Below are positions 35,325 to 45,400 of a stretch of 64,000 nt of DNA, piece by piece. The stretch is from a virus, in UHGV virus genome UHGV-0027388. One strand, written 5' to 3'. The notes under the pieces were generated by a model that was not told the DNA's origin, searched no databases, and saw only the letters and a program-made list of their open reading frames with translations. How positions within the stretch are numbered: the first letter of the stretch is position 1; every line of letters begins with the position of its first letter. A program made the position numbers and the translations under genes.

Positions 35325-36128
35325 ATGGCTAGAGGTGCAAAGACACCAGAAGAGAAGGCAGCTTTCGCTGAAAAGATGAAGGCCGCACGAGCTGAGAAGG
35401 CCGCAGAAAAGAAGCTGGCTGAGAAGGAAGCACAAGAGAAGAAGGCTGATGTGCAGCCGGAGAATACCGCTATCGAAGAAGCAAGCAAGGTAAACGAATC
35501 TCAATCTGCCGAGATCGAATTGCTGAAAAAGCAGGTCGAAAGCCTGATGGCACAGCTTCAAACAAAGCAGACTACGCAGGTTATCAATGTCATGCAAGAC
35601 ACCGAGAAGGTGATTCTGCGCTGGCAAGCGGAGGTTGCGGACGATAATACCGAAATTTTTGGGCCGAACGGTATGTACGGCCAAGTTACAGGCAAAACGG
35701 GAAAGGTAATTGTTCCAAAATCTGAGTGGAGCAGATTCTACACTGATTCCGTTCGCTGGAGAATTGATAACCGCTGGCTGATCGTCCTCTCCGGCCTTAC
35801 CGATGATGAGAGAGAAATTTACCGTTGCAACTACAGGGAAGGCGAAGTATTGGATGAACAGGCATTCACCAAGCTGGTTGAAATGCGAGATGGCCTTCTG
35901 GATATTTTCTCTGATCTGTGCATTCCGAACCAAGAGTTTGTTGCGCAGAGATTCATTCAGGCGTGGTATGACGGCACTATCACAAGCGACGACCGCCAGC
36001 TTATCACTAAGCTGAACCAGATGAGCAGAGCCGCATACGAAAAGGCTGGAATCCCAGCCTCCGACTATCGCGCAAAAGGAGCGTTTATGCCACTAATTGA
36101 GTGGATGAACGCAAAGGAAGTCCAATAA
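35325..36128 (+). CDS. hypothetical head/neck protein
   Basis: ORF. Confidence 0.45.
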   Translation: MARGAKTPEEKAAFAEKMKAARAEKAAEKKLAEKEAQEKKADVQPENTAIEEASKVNESQSAEIELLKKQVESLMAQLQTKQTTQVINVMQDTEKVILRWQAEVADDNTEIFGPNGMYGQVTGKTGKVIVPKSEWSRFYTDSVRWRIDNRWLIVLSGLTDDEREIYRCNYREGEVLDEQAFTKLVEMRDGLLDIFSDLCIPNQEFVAQRFIQAWYDGTITSDDRQLITKLNQMSRAAYEKAGIPASDYRAKGAFMPLIEWMNAKEVQ

Positions 36129-36142
36129 TAGAGGGTGATTGA

Positions 36143-36850
36143 ATGGCAACACAATTTGCAGATGTAATTACCGGGTATGCGCTCCCTGTAATTAATGACG
36201 TGCGACTGCAAGAGGAACTCGCTAAAAATCCAGCAGTTCTGTTCCGCAGAATGTCCATATTTTTGACCGTTGCCATTCCGTCACTTAATTACCCGCCTAC
36301 TCTTGTCCCGTATCTTTTGGATGGCTTAACAGAAGCGCGATATGACGATTACTACTGGGTGGCAGGGGAATCAGAAACGGAAACGGTTATAGAAACCGGT
36401 AAAATCGGGTATGAGCTGATGAGTTGCCAACTCAATAAAGCTGCACAAGACGGAACAATCTACTCCACGCCGTACAAACAGGCAAGCTATGATCCGAAAA
36501 CAGGGGAAGTTGCTTTTCCGGCAGGCATAGCCGCTGGAACGGAATTTCAGATAGACTTCTACTCCGATGGCACGTTTGCAAATGACCTCACACCTAGCAT
36601 AAAGCGCCTGCTCGGCCTTGCTATCGCTATCGTATGGGATGAGAGATTTACGCGAAACTGGCTGAATATGCAGCAGAAGATACATGACAAGTCCTTTGAT
36701 ACCGTAAACGAGGGTACCTATATGCGCGAGTCCTCTAACAGGCTAGAGAAGAACAGAGCGGAGTTCTTCGCACAACTGCGAAAGTACGAACAGGACTGCG
36801 CATACGCTAAGGCCGTGAGCCGCTCAGGCAAGAGGATGGAGTTCGTTTAA
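36143..36850 (+). CDS. hypothetical head-tail joining protein
   Basis: ORF. Confidence 0.45.
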   Translation: MATQFADVITGYALPVINDVRLQEELAKNPAVLFRRMSIFLTVAIPSLNYPPTLVPYLLDGLTEARYDDYYWVAGESETETVIETGKIGYELMSCQLNKAAQDGTIYSTPYKQASYDPKTGEVAFPAGIAAGTEFQIDFYSDGTFANDLTPSIKRLLGLAIAIVWDERFTRNWLNMQQKIHDKSFDTVNEGTYMRESSNRLEKNRAEFFAQLRKYEQDCAYAKAVSRSGKRMEFV

Positions 36851-36865
36851 AGAGAGGTGATACCT

Positions 36866-38269
36866 ATGTCCAAGATAGACAGCTACATTAAAAGCGCCTT
36901 AACTCTGGACAGAAGCATTGCCCGGAACAATAACTCTCCGTCCCAATACTCAGACCAGCTTAACCCGTACCTATATGCAGAGAGCACCGAGTTTGTACAC
37001 CAGTACGCGAAGTACGCCTCTGATTTTTTTACCGTGGAATCTCAAGGGCTGAATCCGAATGATTTCTTCGATTGGGTTAGCACAAGGGCGAGAATGTCAG
37101 ATGCTTCTACGGCGACCGCTGCTACAACCAAACTGGTAGATGACTTCAAAATGATCTTGTTTGAAAATCCATCTATCCTGTACTTTCCAATCGGCGCAAA
37201 GCTGAAAGCAATGGGGTCAGTGTGGATTTCAGTTAATCCGCAGAATATTTCCGCACCAACCGGATCAGGCCTTGTTCAGCGGTGCAATAGCGTTTGGAAC
37301 CATCTTGATTTTTACGGGAACATTTTATCTGAGCCGATCTGCCTAATGAAAGCCGCTGAAATGGCAAACGACAACGACGAACAGCGGCTTACGCTCATCA
37401 CGAAGGGCTATATGGATGTGCTGTGCCAATACAACAGCGAAACAAAGCAACTAAACCAAAATAGCCGTTTGATTCTAGGTTCAAGTGCTTTTTCAATCAC
37501 CGGCTATACAGACTATGTTCAAGAGTTTACAGGCGACTACAACAGTGTGCATATATTGAGATTCACTGTACGGTACATGGAGCCAAATGAGACTGACGAT
37601 ATGGTTAATCATGTGGCGGGGGGAAAACTGTTCAGCTGGAAAATCTTGATTGATGGCACACCGACAATAGCTACGGGGACAAAGACGATATTTACCGCAT
37701 CTTCAATAAGACGCGGTGAATCAGTCGTAGCTACGTCCGAAAATCCAATCTCATACATATGGGAAAGTTCAGATGAAAGCATAGCCACTGTAGATTCCAA
37801 CGGAACTGTGACTGCGATTTCACCCGGAACCTGCACCATTACCGCCACGCTAGAACAAAATAAAAAAATTTCTTCAAGCGTACTCATATCAACATATATT
37901 TCAACGTATCTGCAAGACTCCGAGGGAGAGTACATTTTGGATAGTTCTGGTGAAAAAATCGAAACCGCGCTTTCCGACCAGCAACCGCCCGCAATATCTG
38001 AACTTAAATTTACTACAGAACCTCCAACGGCTTTATCCATGTTTGATTCTGCAACATTAAGTGTGGCGCTCTATTCAGATGGTGTTCCGCAGGATGCAGA
38101 AATTTCTTGGGACTTATCTGGGGCGCCGAAAGAATCTTACAAATTCTTAATACAGGACCAAAACAGCATCAAAATAACCTGCTTTAGGGGTTCAGAAACT
38201 CAGCTCCAAATCAAAGCGAGCACCGGAGAAAAAGCAATAACAACCGCTATTAGACTTATAGGGATGTGA
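36866..38269 (+). CDS. structural protein with bacterial Ig-like (Big_2) domain
   Basis: SDESIATVDSNGTVTAISPGTCTITA matches the Big_2 signature. Confidence 0.55.
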   Translation: MSKIDSYIKSALTLDRSIARNNNSPSQYSDQLNPYLYAESTEFVHQYAKYASDFFTVESQGLNPNDFFDWVSTRARMSDASTATAATTKLVDDFKMILFENPSILYFPIGAKLKAMGSVWISVNPQNISAPTGSGLVQRCNSVWNHLDFYGNILSEPICLMKAAEMANDNDEQRLTLITKGYMDVLCQYNSETKQLNQNSRLILGSSAFSITGYTDYVQEFTGDYNSVHILRFTVRYMEPNETDDMVNHVAGGKLFSWKILIDGTPTIATGTKTIFTASSIRRGESVVATSENPISYIWESSDESIATVDSNGTVTAISPGTCTITATLEQNKKISSSVLISTYISTYLQDSEGEYILDSSGEKIETALSDQQPPAISELKFTTEPPTALSMFDSATLSVALYSDGVPQDAEISWDLSGAPKESYKFLIQDQNSIKITCFRGSETQLQIKASTGEKAITTAIRLIGM

Positions 38270-38475
38270 TGAAATGGAAAAATGTAAATTTGCGTTCAGA
38301 AAACCGGGCGATGCAAGCATTCACTGCGAGTTGCTTACAAAATACAACGCAAGCCAATGTGCCCACCAGTATTACTGCAAGCGCAGTCGCCGGTGGGAGG
38401 CAAGCCCACAGTCAAACACCTGTCCTATCAGGGTAAGAGAACTCGAAAATTCCACGAAAAAGGAAGGAAATGAAG

Positions 38476-39066
38476 ATGGAATTCGTAAGACTGCAAAAAG
38501 AGGACATAAAGTCAGCAGCTGACTACCTGCCAATGCTTGAAAAGCGCAAGTTCCTCACACTTGCCGCCGCAAATTGTATTGAACGCATTTCGGTCAGTTT
38601 GGAAGAGCCGGATGAGTATAGTATGCCTATGCCGGACTACTACAAAGAAAATCAGGCCCAAATGCACCGATACCTCATGGGCGCGTTCGTCAAGCTATAT
38701 CTAAAAAAGGAATTTGAACCAATCGCAGGTGATGATTACCTGATGGCGCAGGATGATTTCGACCGCTGGGCGGGCGGTCATGTTTTCAACCAGATTGACC
38801 GAGCCAAGAAAGACACTGAACTCAAGGACAAGTGCTTTGATATTCTGGAGGACTATAACAATCTGCGCCGGATGTTTTACGCAGAAGTTCACTCCCTCCT
38901 AGCCACGATGAACGACCCGTGCCAGCGCATCATGGCAATGCTTCAAATGCAAGGAACACCCGAAAATGTAAGCAAAAGTATTGAGGAAGTGGAGCGCCTG
39001 AAAAAGGAATGGGAAGCAACGAGAAAGCAAGTTGGTGATTCTTATGCCGCCGCAAGTGCCATTTGA
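38476..39066 (+). CDS. hypothetical phage protein
   Basis: ORF. Confidence 0.45.
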   Translation: MEFVRLQKEDIKSAADYLPMLEKRKFLTLAAANCIERISVSLEEPDEYSMPMPDYYKENQAQMHRYLMGAFVKLYLKKEFEPIAGDDYLMAQDDFDRWAGGHVFNQIDRAKKDTELKDKCFDILEDYNNLRRMFYAEVHSLLATMNDPCQRIMAMLQMQGTPENVSKSIEEVERLKKEWEATRKQVGDSYAAASAI

Positions 39067-39748
39067 CTCCCCATTTTATCCGTATGAAAAGACCCAAACT
39101 GGGTTTTCCGGGTTCAGAGGGGCGGAACAAATTCCGTATAAAATCATACAGTATCTTCTAGACCTGCCGGACGCAAACGGTTATGAGCCAGCAGACGATA
39201 ATACGAGACCGAGAGTCCGACTGATGAAGTACCTTTGGTACGACGGCGCAAATCCCCTGGAACATCCGCTTCCTACTCCGAAAGAGAAATTGTCTTTGCT
39301 TTTTAACGGTGACGAACCGGTTTTAAACACAGACGAACTCAAAGCGAAGCATCCTAAAGGCTACCGCATATTCCCACAAGTTCTCTGGGGGCAGAGCCAG
39401 AAGGACGCACAAAGCACACTGAAAATCTATATGGACAGGTCTGTTGCTCTCACGGATTTCAAGACAAGTCTGGGGATTACATTTGAAATTATGACAAATG
39501 CCCATACAGACGGCAACACACGCACAGATGCATATTCACGGACATATGACATGGAACAGTGCCTCCTAGAAGCGCTGCATGGCGTGAATATTGCAGGTGT
39601 CGGTGTTCTCGACTTCGCCCGCAGTTCTCACGGAGATGCAGGAAGTAATGCCATATACGACACATCCGGCACGAATGTTGGGCGAGAGCTACATATGAGT
39701 GTCCTATGGATGGACAGCAACGCAGAAGCGATAAACGACTATCAGTAA
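39032..39748 (+). CDS. hypothetical phage protein
   Basis: ORF. Confidence 0.45.
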   Translation: MVILMPPQVPFDSPFYPYEKTQTGFSGFRGAEQIPYKIIQYLLDLPDANGYEPADDNTRPRVRLMKYLWYDGANPLEHPLPTPKEKLSLLFNGDEPVLNTDELKAKHPKGYRIFPQVLWGQSQKDAQSTLKIYMDRSVALTDFKTSLGITFEIMTNAHTDGNTRTDAYSRTYDMEQCLLEALHGVNIAGVGVLDFARSSHGDAGSNAIYDTSGTNVGRELHMSVLWMDSNAEAINDYQ

Positions 39749-39772
39749 TGATCTGGGGAAGGATGAAGGAAG

Positions 39773-40651
39773 TTGAAACTCCCAGCTCAATATATAAAAG
39801 CTATCGGTCGCTATGAACCGATTAGGTTCGGCGATGTGGTAGCATACCCAATTTTGATGGACGAATACGAAGAATTTTTGTCCGCAAAACCAGCGATTGA
39901 AGCAATGCAGCAAACATTTAAAGTCAGATACGCTGTAAAGCCGCTTCTCTCCGCGCTGTATGCAATGGATATGGATTCGGTCTTGGGTGGAGAGCAGCCA
40001 CTGGGGTTGTTCAACTGCGCACTTGCGTTCTTGGCGCTCTCCTTACGGCTTGGGAGAGGAAAGAGCTTAGAGGAGCGCGTTAGACAATTCCAGCTGATGT
40101 ACTCCAAAACAGACCCTACCGACCTCCAACGCATAGCATATACTCAAACCATCAACGGGAAGGAGCAGGAAATATCTATATCCCCTGTCCTGTTTTCTGA
40201 GATGCGCCCTGTACTCGCAGCTCAGAACGGGATAGAGCTTATAGATGAAGCGGATAACCCGGAACTAATCCAAGCTGAGCGAGACATCGCAGAGCTGAAT
40301 TGCCCACCAATGAAGCAAGACATCTACGCTGCCATTTCTACGGTCGCAACGTTTTCACACTGTGACGAGTCAGAGATAAATTCATGGCCAATCTTAAAGT
40401 TTGATTATAGAAGAAAAGCCATTCAGCGTAGTCTCGATTACGTTATATGCTCCATCAACGAGGGAGCAGGGTGCAAGTTCAAGGGCGGCAACCCGTGTCC
40501 CAGTCCTTTCTTCGATAAACTCAAAACGAGCAATAGCGGTCTTATGGCCTTGTCCAGTTTCGCTGGAGGTCAAGGCGAAAAGGCCGTTATGCAACAGATG
40601 GCAACCGGTGCTCAAAATGCACCACCGCCGGAATTTCAACAGAAGGAGTGA
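39773..40651 (+). CDS. hypothetical phage protein
   Basis: ORF. Confidence 0.45.
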   Translation: MKLPAQYIKAIGRYEPIRFGDVVAYPILMDEYEEFLSAKPAIEAMQQTFKVRYAVKPLLSALYAMDMDSVLGGEQPLGLFNCALAFLALSLRLGRGKSLEERVRQFQLMYSKTDPTDLQRIAYTQTINGKEQEISISPVLFSEMRPVLAAQNGIELIDEADNPELIQAERDIAELNCPPMKQDIYAAISTVATFSHCDESEINSWPILKFDYRRKAIQRSLDYVICSINEGAGCKFKGGNPCPSPFFDKLKTSNSGLMALSSFAGGQGEKAVMQQMATGAQNAPPPEFQQKE

Positions 40652-40656
40652 AATAA

Positions 40657-41757
40657 ATGATCTCTTTTAGCGACAAGCGCCTCTATGTGAAGGGCACCTG
40701 CTCTGCTCTGTGCTCTGATCCTGTCACAGGCCAAGTGCTGTATTACAGCAACAAGTTCCAGACCGGAAATGTGGAGTCCAGCGTAACTCTGGGCGATATT
40801 CACGCCGGACTTGGCAATGCTATTGCCGCCATTATCCCATCTGACTCTGCACTGAACGTCAACTTTGTTGCCGCAGACTTCTCTCTGTGGGCAAAGGCGG
40901 CTCAGGTTGGTGCCGCACTCAGCTATAATGCGGTGGTTCCTACCTGCCAAGTCGTTACAGCCAATACTACAAGCCTCAAAATCGACGTTACAGACGGCGC
41001 ACCTACCGCCCAATACGGCTATGGTAACGCCTTCTGCCAAGTGCAGGAGGTCGGAAAGCCCTCTCCTATCGCCACGGGCGGAACGCAGTACAGTATCTCC
41101 CCGGATGGAACCGTTGCCGGATTCACGGCTACTTCCGGCACGAAGTATAAGGTGTGGTATTTCGTCAACCGCGCTTCCGCGCAGGTTGCGGAACTGTCCA
41201 CCATGTTTGACCCCCGCGTCGTTCACTTTACGGCTCAGATTGCCGTTTATGCGAACGATGTCTCCGCTTCCGAGTCTCAGGGAACCCGCGTTGGATGGCT
41301 ATACGTCATTGTCCCGCGCATGAAGATGAACGGAGCTGGAACCATCACTGGCGATCAGAGCAATCCAGACACAACCAGCCTGACCGGTCAAGCCATTGCG
41401 TTTGACACCGATACGGTCTCTGCTGAATGCAGTGATTGCTCTGCCGGAACTCTGGCTTATTACATCTACTGCCCGGATAATGCCACGGAAGAGAACGTGG
41501 TCGGTCTAGCCGTCGTGGGCGGAGTTGTTTCCGTCCCACAATCTACCAGCGCTCAAATTCCCGTTCGCTACGTCATGGCTGACGGCTCTCTGGTGACTCC
41601 GGCTTATAGCGCTCTGACCTACAAGCTGACTAGCCCTCCTTCTGGAACTAATGTTTCCGACTCAGGAGTGATTACCGCAGGGGCCACTACTGGTACCTGC
41701 ACTGGAACAGCCACGTTTAACTCTATGCAAACGTCCTTTAGCGTATCCGTGGTCTAA
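40657..41757 (+). CDS. major tail protein (probable)
   Basis: 366 aa, Thr/Ala/Gly-rich, followed by a GC hairpin and then chaperone-like and tape measure genes. Confidence 0.5.
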   Translation: MISFSDKRLYVKGTCSALCSDPVTGQVLYYSNKFQTGNVESSVTLGDIHAGLGNAIAAIIPSDSALNVNFVAADFSLWAKAAQVGAALSYNAVVPTCQVVTANTTSLKIDVTDGAPTAQYGYGNAFCQVQEVGKPSPIATGGTQYSISPDGTVAGFTATSGTKYKVWYFVNRASAQVAELSTMFDPRVVHFTAQIAVYANDVSASESQGTRVGWLYVIVPRMKMNGAGTITGDQSNPDTTSLTGQAIAFDTDTVSAECSDCSAGTLAYYIYCPDNATEENVVGLAVVGGVVSVPQSTSAQIPVRYVMADGSLVTPAYSALTYKLTSPPSGTNVSDSGVITAGATTGTCTGTATFNSMQTSFSVSVV

Positions 41758-41764
41758 CCTCAAA

Positions 41765-41791
41765 GTCCCCGTCCCTTCGAGGGACGGGGAC
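41765..41791 (+). terminator. GC-rich hairpin (GTCCCCGTCCC-ttcga-GGGACGGGGAC) after the major tail gene; no U-tract
   Basis: perfect 11-bp stem. Confidence 0.4.
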
Positions 41792-41855
41792 AATCACAAG
41801 CCCACGAATTTTCACTGACTCGTTGGTTTGTGATTGATATTGTGGAGGTGTTCGT

Positions 41856-42395
41856 ATGGCAGATAATATGGTTTTCTGCAACGAAACGCTGGAACAGGAT
41901 ATATTGCAGTTCGAGCAGAAGTGCAAAGACGCATTCTTTCAAGCTATGCCAGCACTCGCACAGGACATTATAGAAGCCCTATCATCCCATATTCAGACGG
42001 ATGTGTATGATGCCTATACTCCAAAATCCTACAAGCGCCGCAAGGATAACCCGAATCTCGGAACCTCAATCAGCGACATCAAAGGCTCTGGAATGGGTAG
42101 CTATGGGCGCGACAATGTAACTATTACTTACATCCCGGACGGCTCACATCCACAATGGGAAAATCCGGCAAGCGGTGACGACTTGATCCGCAGAATCGAA
42201 AGCGGAAGCGGCTATGAATGGCGCAAACATCCCGGCGCAAGGCCATTCTTCAAAAACACGACCGAAGAGCTATTTGACGAAGGGCGCGCAGAGCAATTCT
42301 TCATACAAGCCGTCAATGCCGCAGAACCAAATCTCGGCATTGATTATGGGGACGATTTCGATATTATACGAGACTCAAACGACTGGAATGGTTAA
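41856..42395 (+). CDS. hypothetical tail assembly protein
   Basis: ORF directly upstream of the tape measure gene. Confidence 0.45.
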   Translation: MADNMVFCNETLEQDILQFEQKCKDAFFQAMPALAQDIIEALSSHIQTDVYDAYTPKSYKRRKDNPNLGTSISDIKGSGMGSYGRDNVTITYIPDGSHPQWENPASGDDLIRRIESGSGYEWRKHPGARPFFKNTTEELFDEGRAEQFFIQAVNAAEPNLGIDYGDDFDIIRDSNDWNG

Positions 42396-42423
42396 AAATC
42401 GCGCAGAAGGGCGGTTAGCATAA

Positions 42424-45400
42424 ATGGCAAAAATCGTAGTCAAGACTCAACTTGATAACTCAGAGTTTACCAAGCAAGCGCAGCAGTTTCGACAGGAACT
42501 TTCAAAGCTAAAATCAACGCCTGTTAAACTGAGTGTCGATACCGAAGGAATCGACTCAAAGGCCGTTTCTGCTATCGCCCGCCTGACTAGGGCGCAGGCT
42601 GAACTTCTTGCGCAGCAGACAAAAGCTCAACAAGTAAACGCAGCGGCACAGAGAACGGAAACAAGCCTAGCTAAAGCGAAAGAAGCCACTGCACAGGCTA
42701 CAGAAAGACGGATAGCCGCCGAAAAGAAGCTGGCTCAGGAACAACAGCGTAGCGCAACACAAGCAGCTATGCAAGCCACAGAGACCCAGAAACAAGCTAC
42801 TGCGCAAGCCCAACTCGCCCTCCAGCAGGAAAAGACGTCCACCCAGACTGCGCGACTGGCCACAGAACAGCAAAAAGGCGCTAATATAGCCGCAAAGGCA
42901 ACTTCTCAGGCTAACGAAATGACAAGCGCCAGCGACCGCATGAGCGAGAGTTTGCTTTCGTCAGCTGCTGCTATGGCGAAATGGCAAATTCTAGGTAATA
43001 TTGTCGGCTCGGCAATTCGCTCTTTCAAGGATGCCCTCTCCACAATGAAAGAGGTCGATAGCGAATTAACCGTAATCAAGAAGGTTACGGATGCCTCCGA
43101 AGATCAGCTTGCCGCAATAGAGCAGCAAGCGTATAAAACAGCTTCCGCATACGGGGTTGCAGCCGATAGTTACCTATCTTCCGCCGCTGATTTTGCAAGA
43201 GCTGGCTACAAAGAACAGTCTGAATCTCTTGCCGAACTAGCTGTAAAGACACAGCTTGTCGGAGACGTTGACGAAGAAACCGCAAATCAGTTCTTACTTT
43301 CTCTTGATGCTGCCTACCAGTATAAAGGTTCCATAGAGCAACTGAGCCGCGTCTTGGATGGCGCAAATGAAATTGACAACAACTACGCCACCAGCATTCA
43401 GAAAATAGCAGAAGGACTTGGCAAAATCGCCCCTATCGCTTCTCAGGCTCATGTTGGCGTAGACGAGCTTTCTGCTGCAATCGGCACAATTACCGCCGTA
43501 ACCCAGAGAAGCGGCACAGAAGCCGCCACAGCCCTTCGCGCCCTGTTTCTGAACATCATCGGTGACACAAAGACCGAGATTGAAGATGGTGCAACATGGA
43601 CTGCCGGAGAAATCGCCGGACTTCGTGACGTCTTGAAAACCTACGCCCCAGAAGCCGTTAAGGCAGCAGAAGCGACAGGTCAAGTCATTAACCCGATGGA
43701 GGCAATTGGCGGACTGGCTCAATCCTTTAAGGATGGACTGCTGACCGAGCAGAAGTTGATGGAGATGACTTCTGACATCGGTGGCAAGCTCCGCACGTCC
43801 CAGCTCCTGGCCATTGTCGAAAACTGGGATACCATCTACGAACCAATGCTCCAGTCATTCCAAGACTCCGTTGGAAGCGCCGATAAGGAAGTTGAGAATG
43901 CTCTTGGTTCTTGGGATTCAAAGGTAAATATCCTCAAAAATACATGGACTGAGTTTATACAGCAGACGGTAAACACGGACTGGATTAAGAAGCTGCTGGA
44001 CGGCCTGACAAATCTCATCAAATATACCGGTGATCTCGGAAATGCCCTTATCATTGCGCTTGCCGTATTCACAACTATAAAAGCAAGATCAATCGTCGGT
44101 TTTTTTGAAAATCTTGCCGTTCAATTCTCCCTCCTCAAGATGGAGGCTGCGGATGCCGGCGGCGGAGTGAAGGGATTTTTCTCTGTATTAACATCCGGGG
44201 CTGCTGGTGCTCAAATCGCTATGGGTGCTCTGACTGCTGTTATTACAGGCGTAATTGTCGCCTATAATGCTTACAAGCAGCACCAAACAGAACTGCGGGA
44301 GGAAGCCACAGAAGCGGCAAAAGCCGCAAATGAGGAAATTTCTTCGCTTGAGGATTTGCGCCAGCAGTATGTTGAAATTATAGACAGCACGGATGACGAA
44401 GCCACAAAGAATCAAAAACTGACAGAATGGAAAAAGCAGCTTGTCGAGCAATACGGATTTGAAGAGGAAGCCCTCAGAAACGTCAACTCCGAACGGCAAA
44501 ACACTCTCGACCTGCTTGACTCTGAAATCGCTAAGAAATCCGCAACATCTTGGGGAGAAATACAAAAAGAGTACGAAAAGGCACAGGGCGCATATCAAAA
44601 AGCGGGTCAAAAAGAAACTTCTCTTGCGGGATTCACCATTTCAGAATCAGACCTACAGCTTCTTGGCAAGTACAAAGACGAGGTAGAAGAGCTTGGTGTT
44701 CTTTTCTCGGATGCAGGTGATGGAAGCTATTTTATCGGCGTTCAGCAGTTCGATGATGTGCAGAAGGGCTATGATAACATCATGGCCGCACAAGTCAAGC
44801 TACGCGAAGCATCGGAGCAGACCGGGAAAGGTATATACAATAGTATTGCCGAAGCACTCATTCAGGATGCTGACCGTAAAAAGAAAATCATTGACGAATA
44901 CGGAGAGATATACGAGGAAGGAAACAAAATCTTCGCTCAGTATGACCTCACCAACAATCGTGCCAATGATATTCTGACCGTAGACTCTCAAGATAAATAT
45001 GACGCTCTGACAGAATCAATCAAGAACAGCGTCACGAACCTTCAAGTTCAAGAGGCGGAGCTAGAACTACTATCTCAGATGTTCCCGCAGTTCAGCGGAG
45101 TTGTTGATGACAGCGCAGATGCCCTGAACAACGATACAGACGCACTCAATGATACTGCGGACGCGATGGACGCGCTCAGCGAGGAGTCTCAGGCACTTGA
45201 GAAAAACCTGAAATCCGCCGGAGATGCGTTCTCTGAGTTCGAGAAAAACGGACAGCTCTCATATTCCACTCTGGCCGACATTCAGAGCGCATTCAGCGAT
45301 GTTGACGGAATCAACAATTACATAGACGCACTCAGCCAAACTGGAATAACTGCATCAGAAGTACAAAGCATACTAGGCGATCTTGTCACAAAGAAGATTG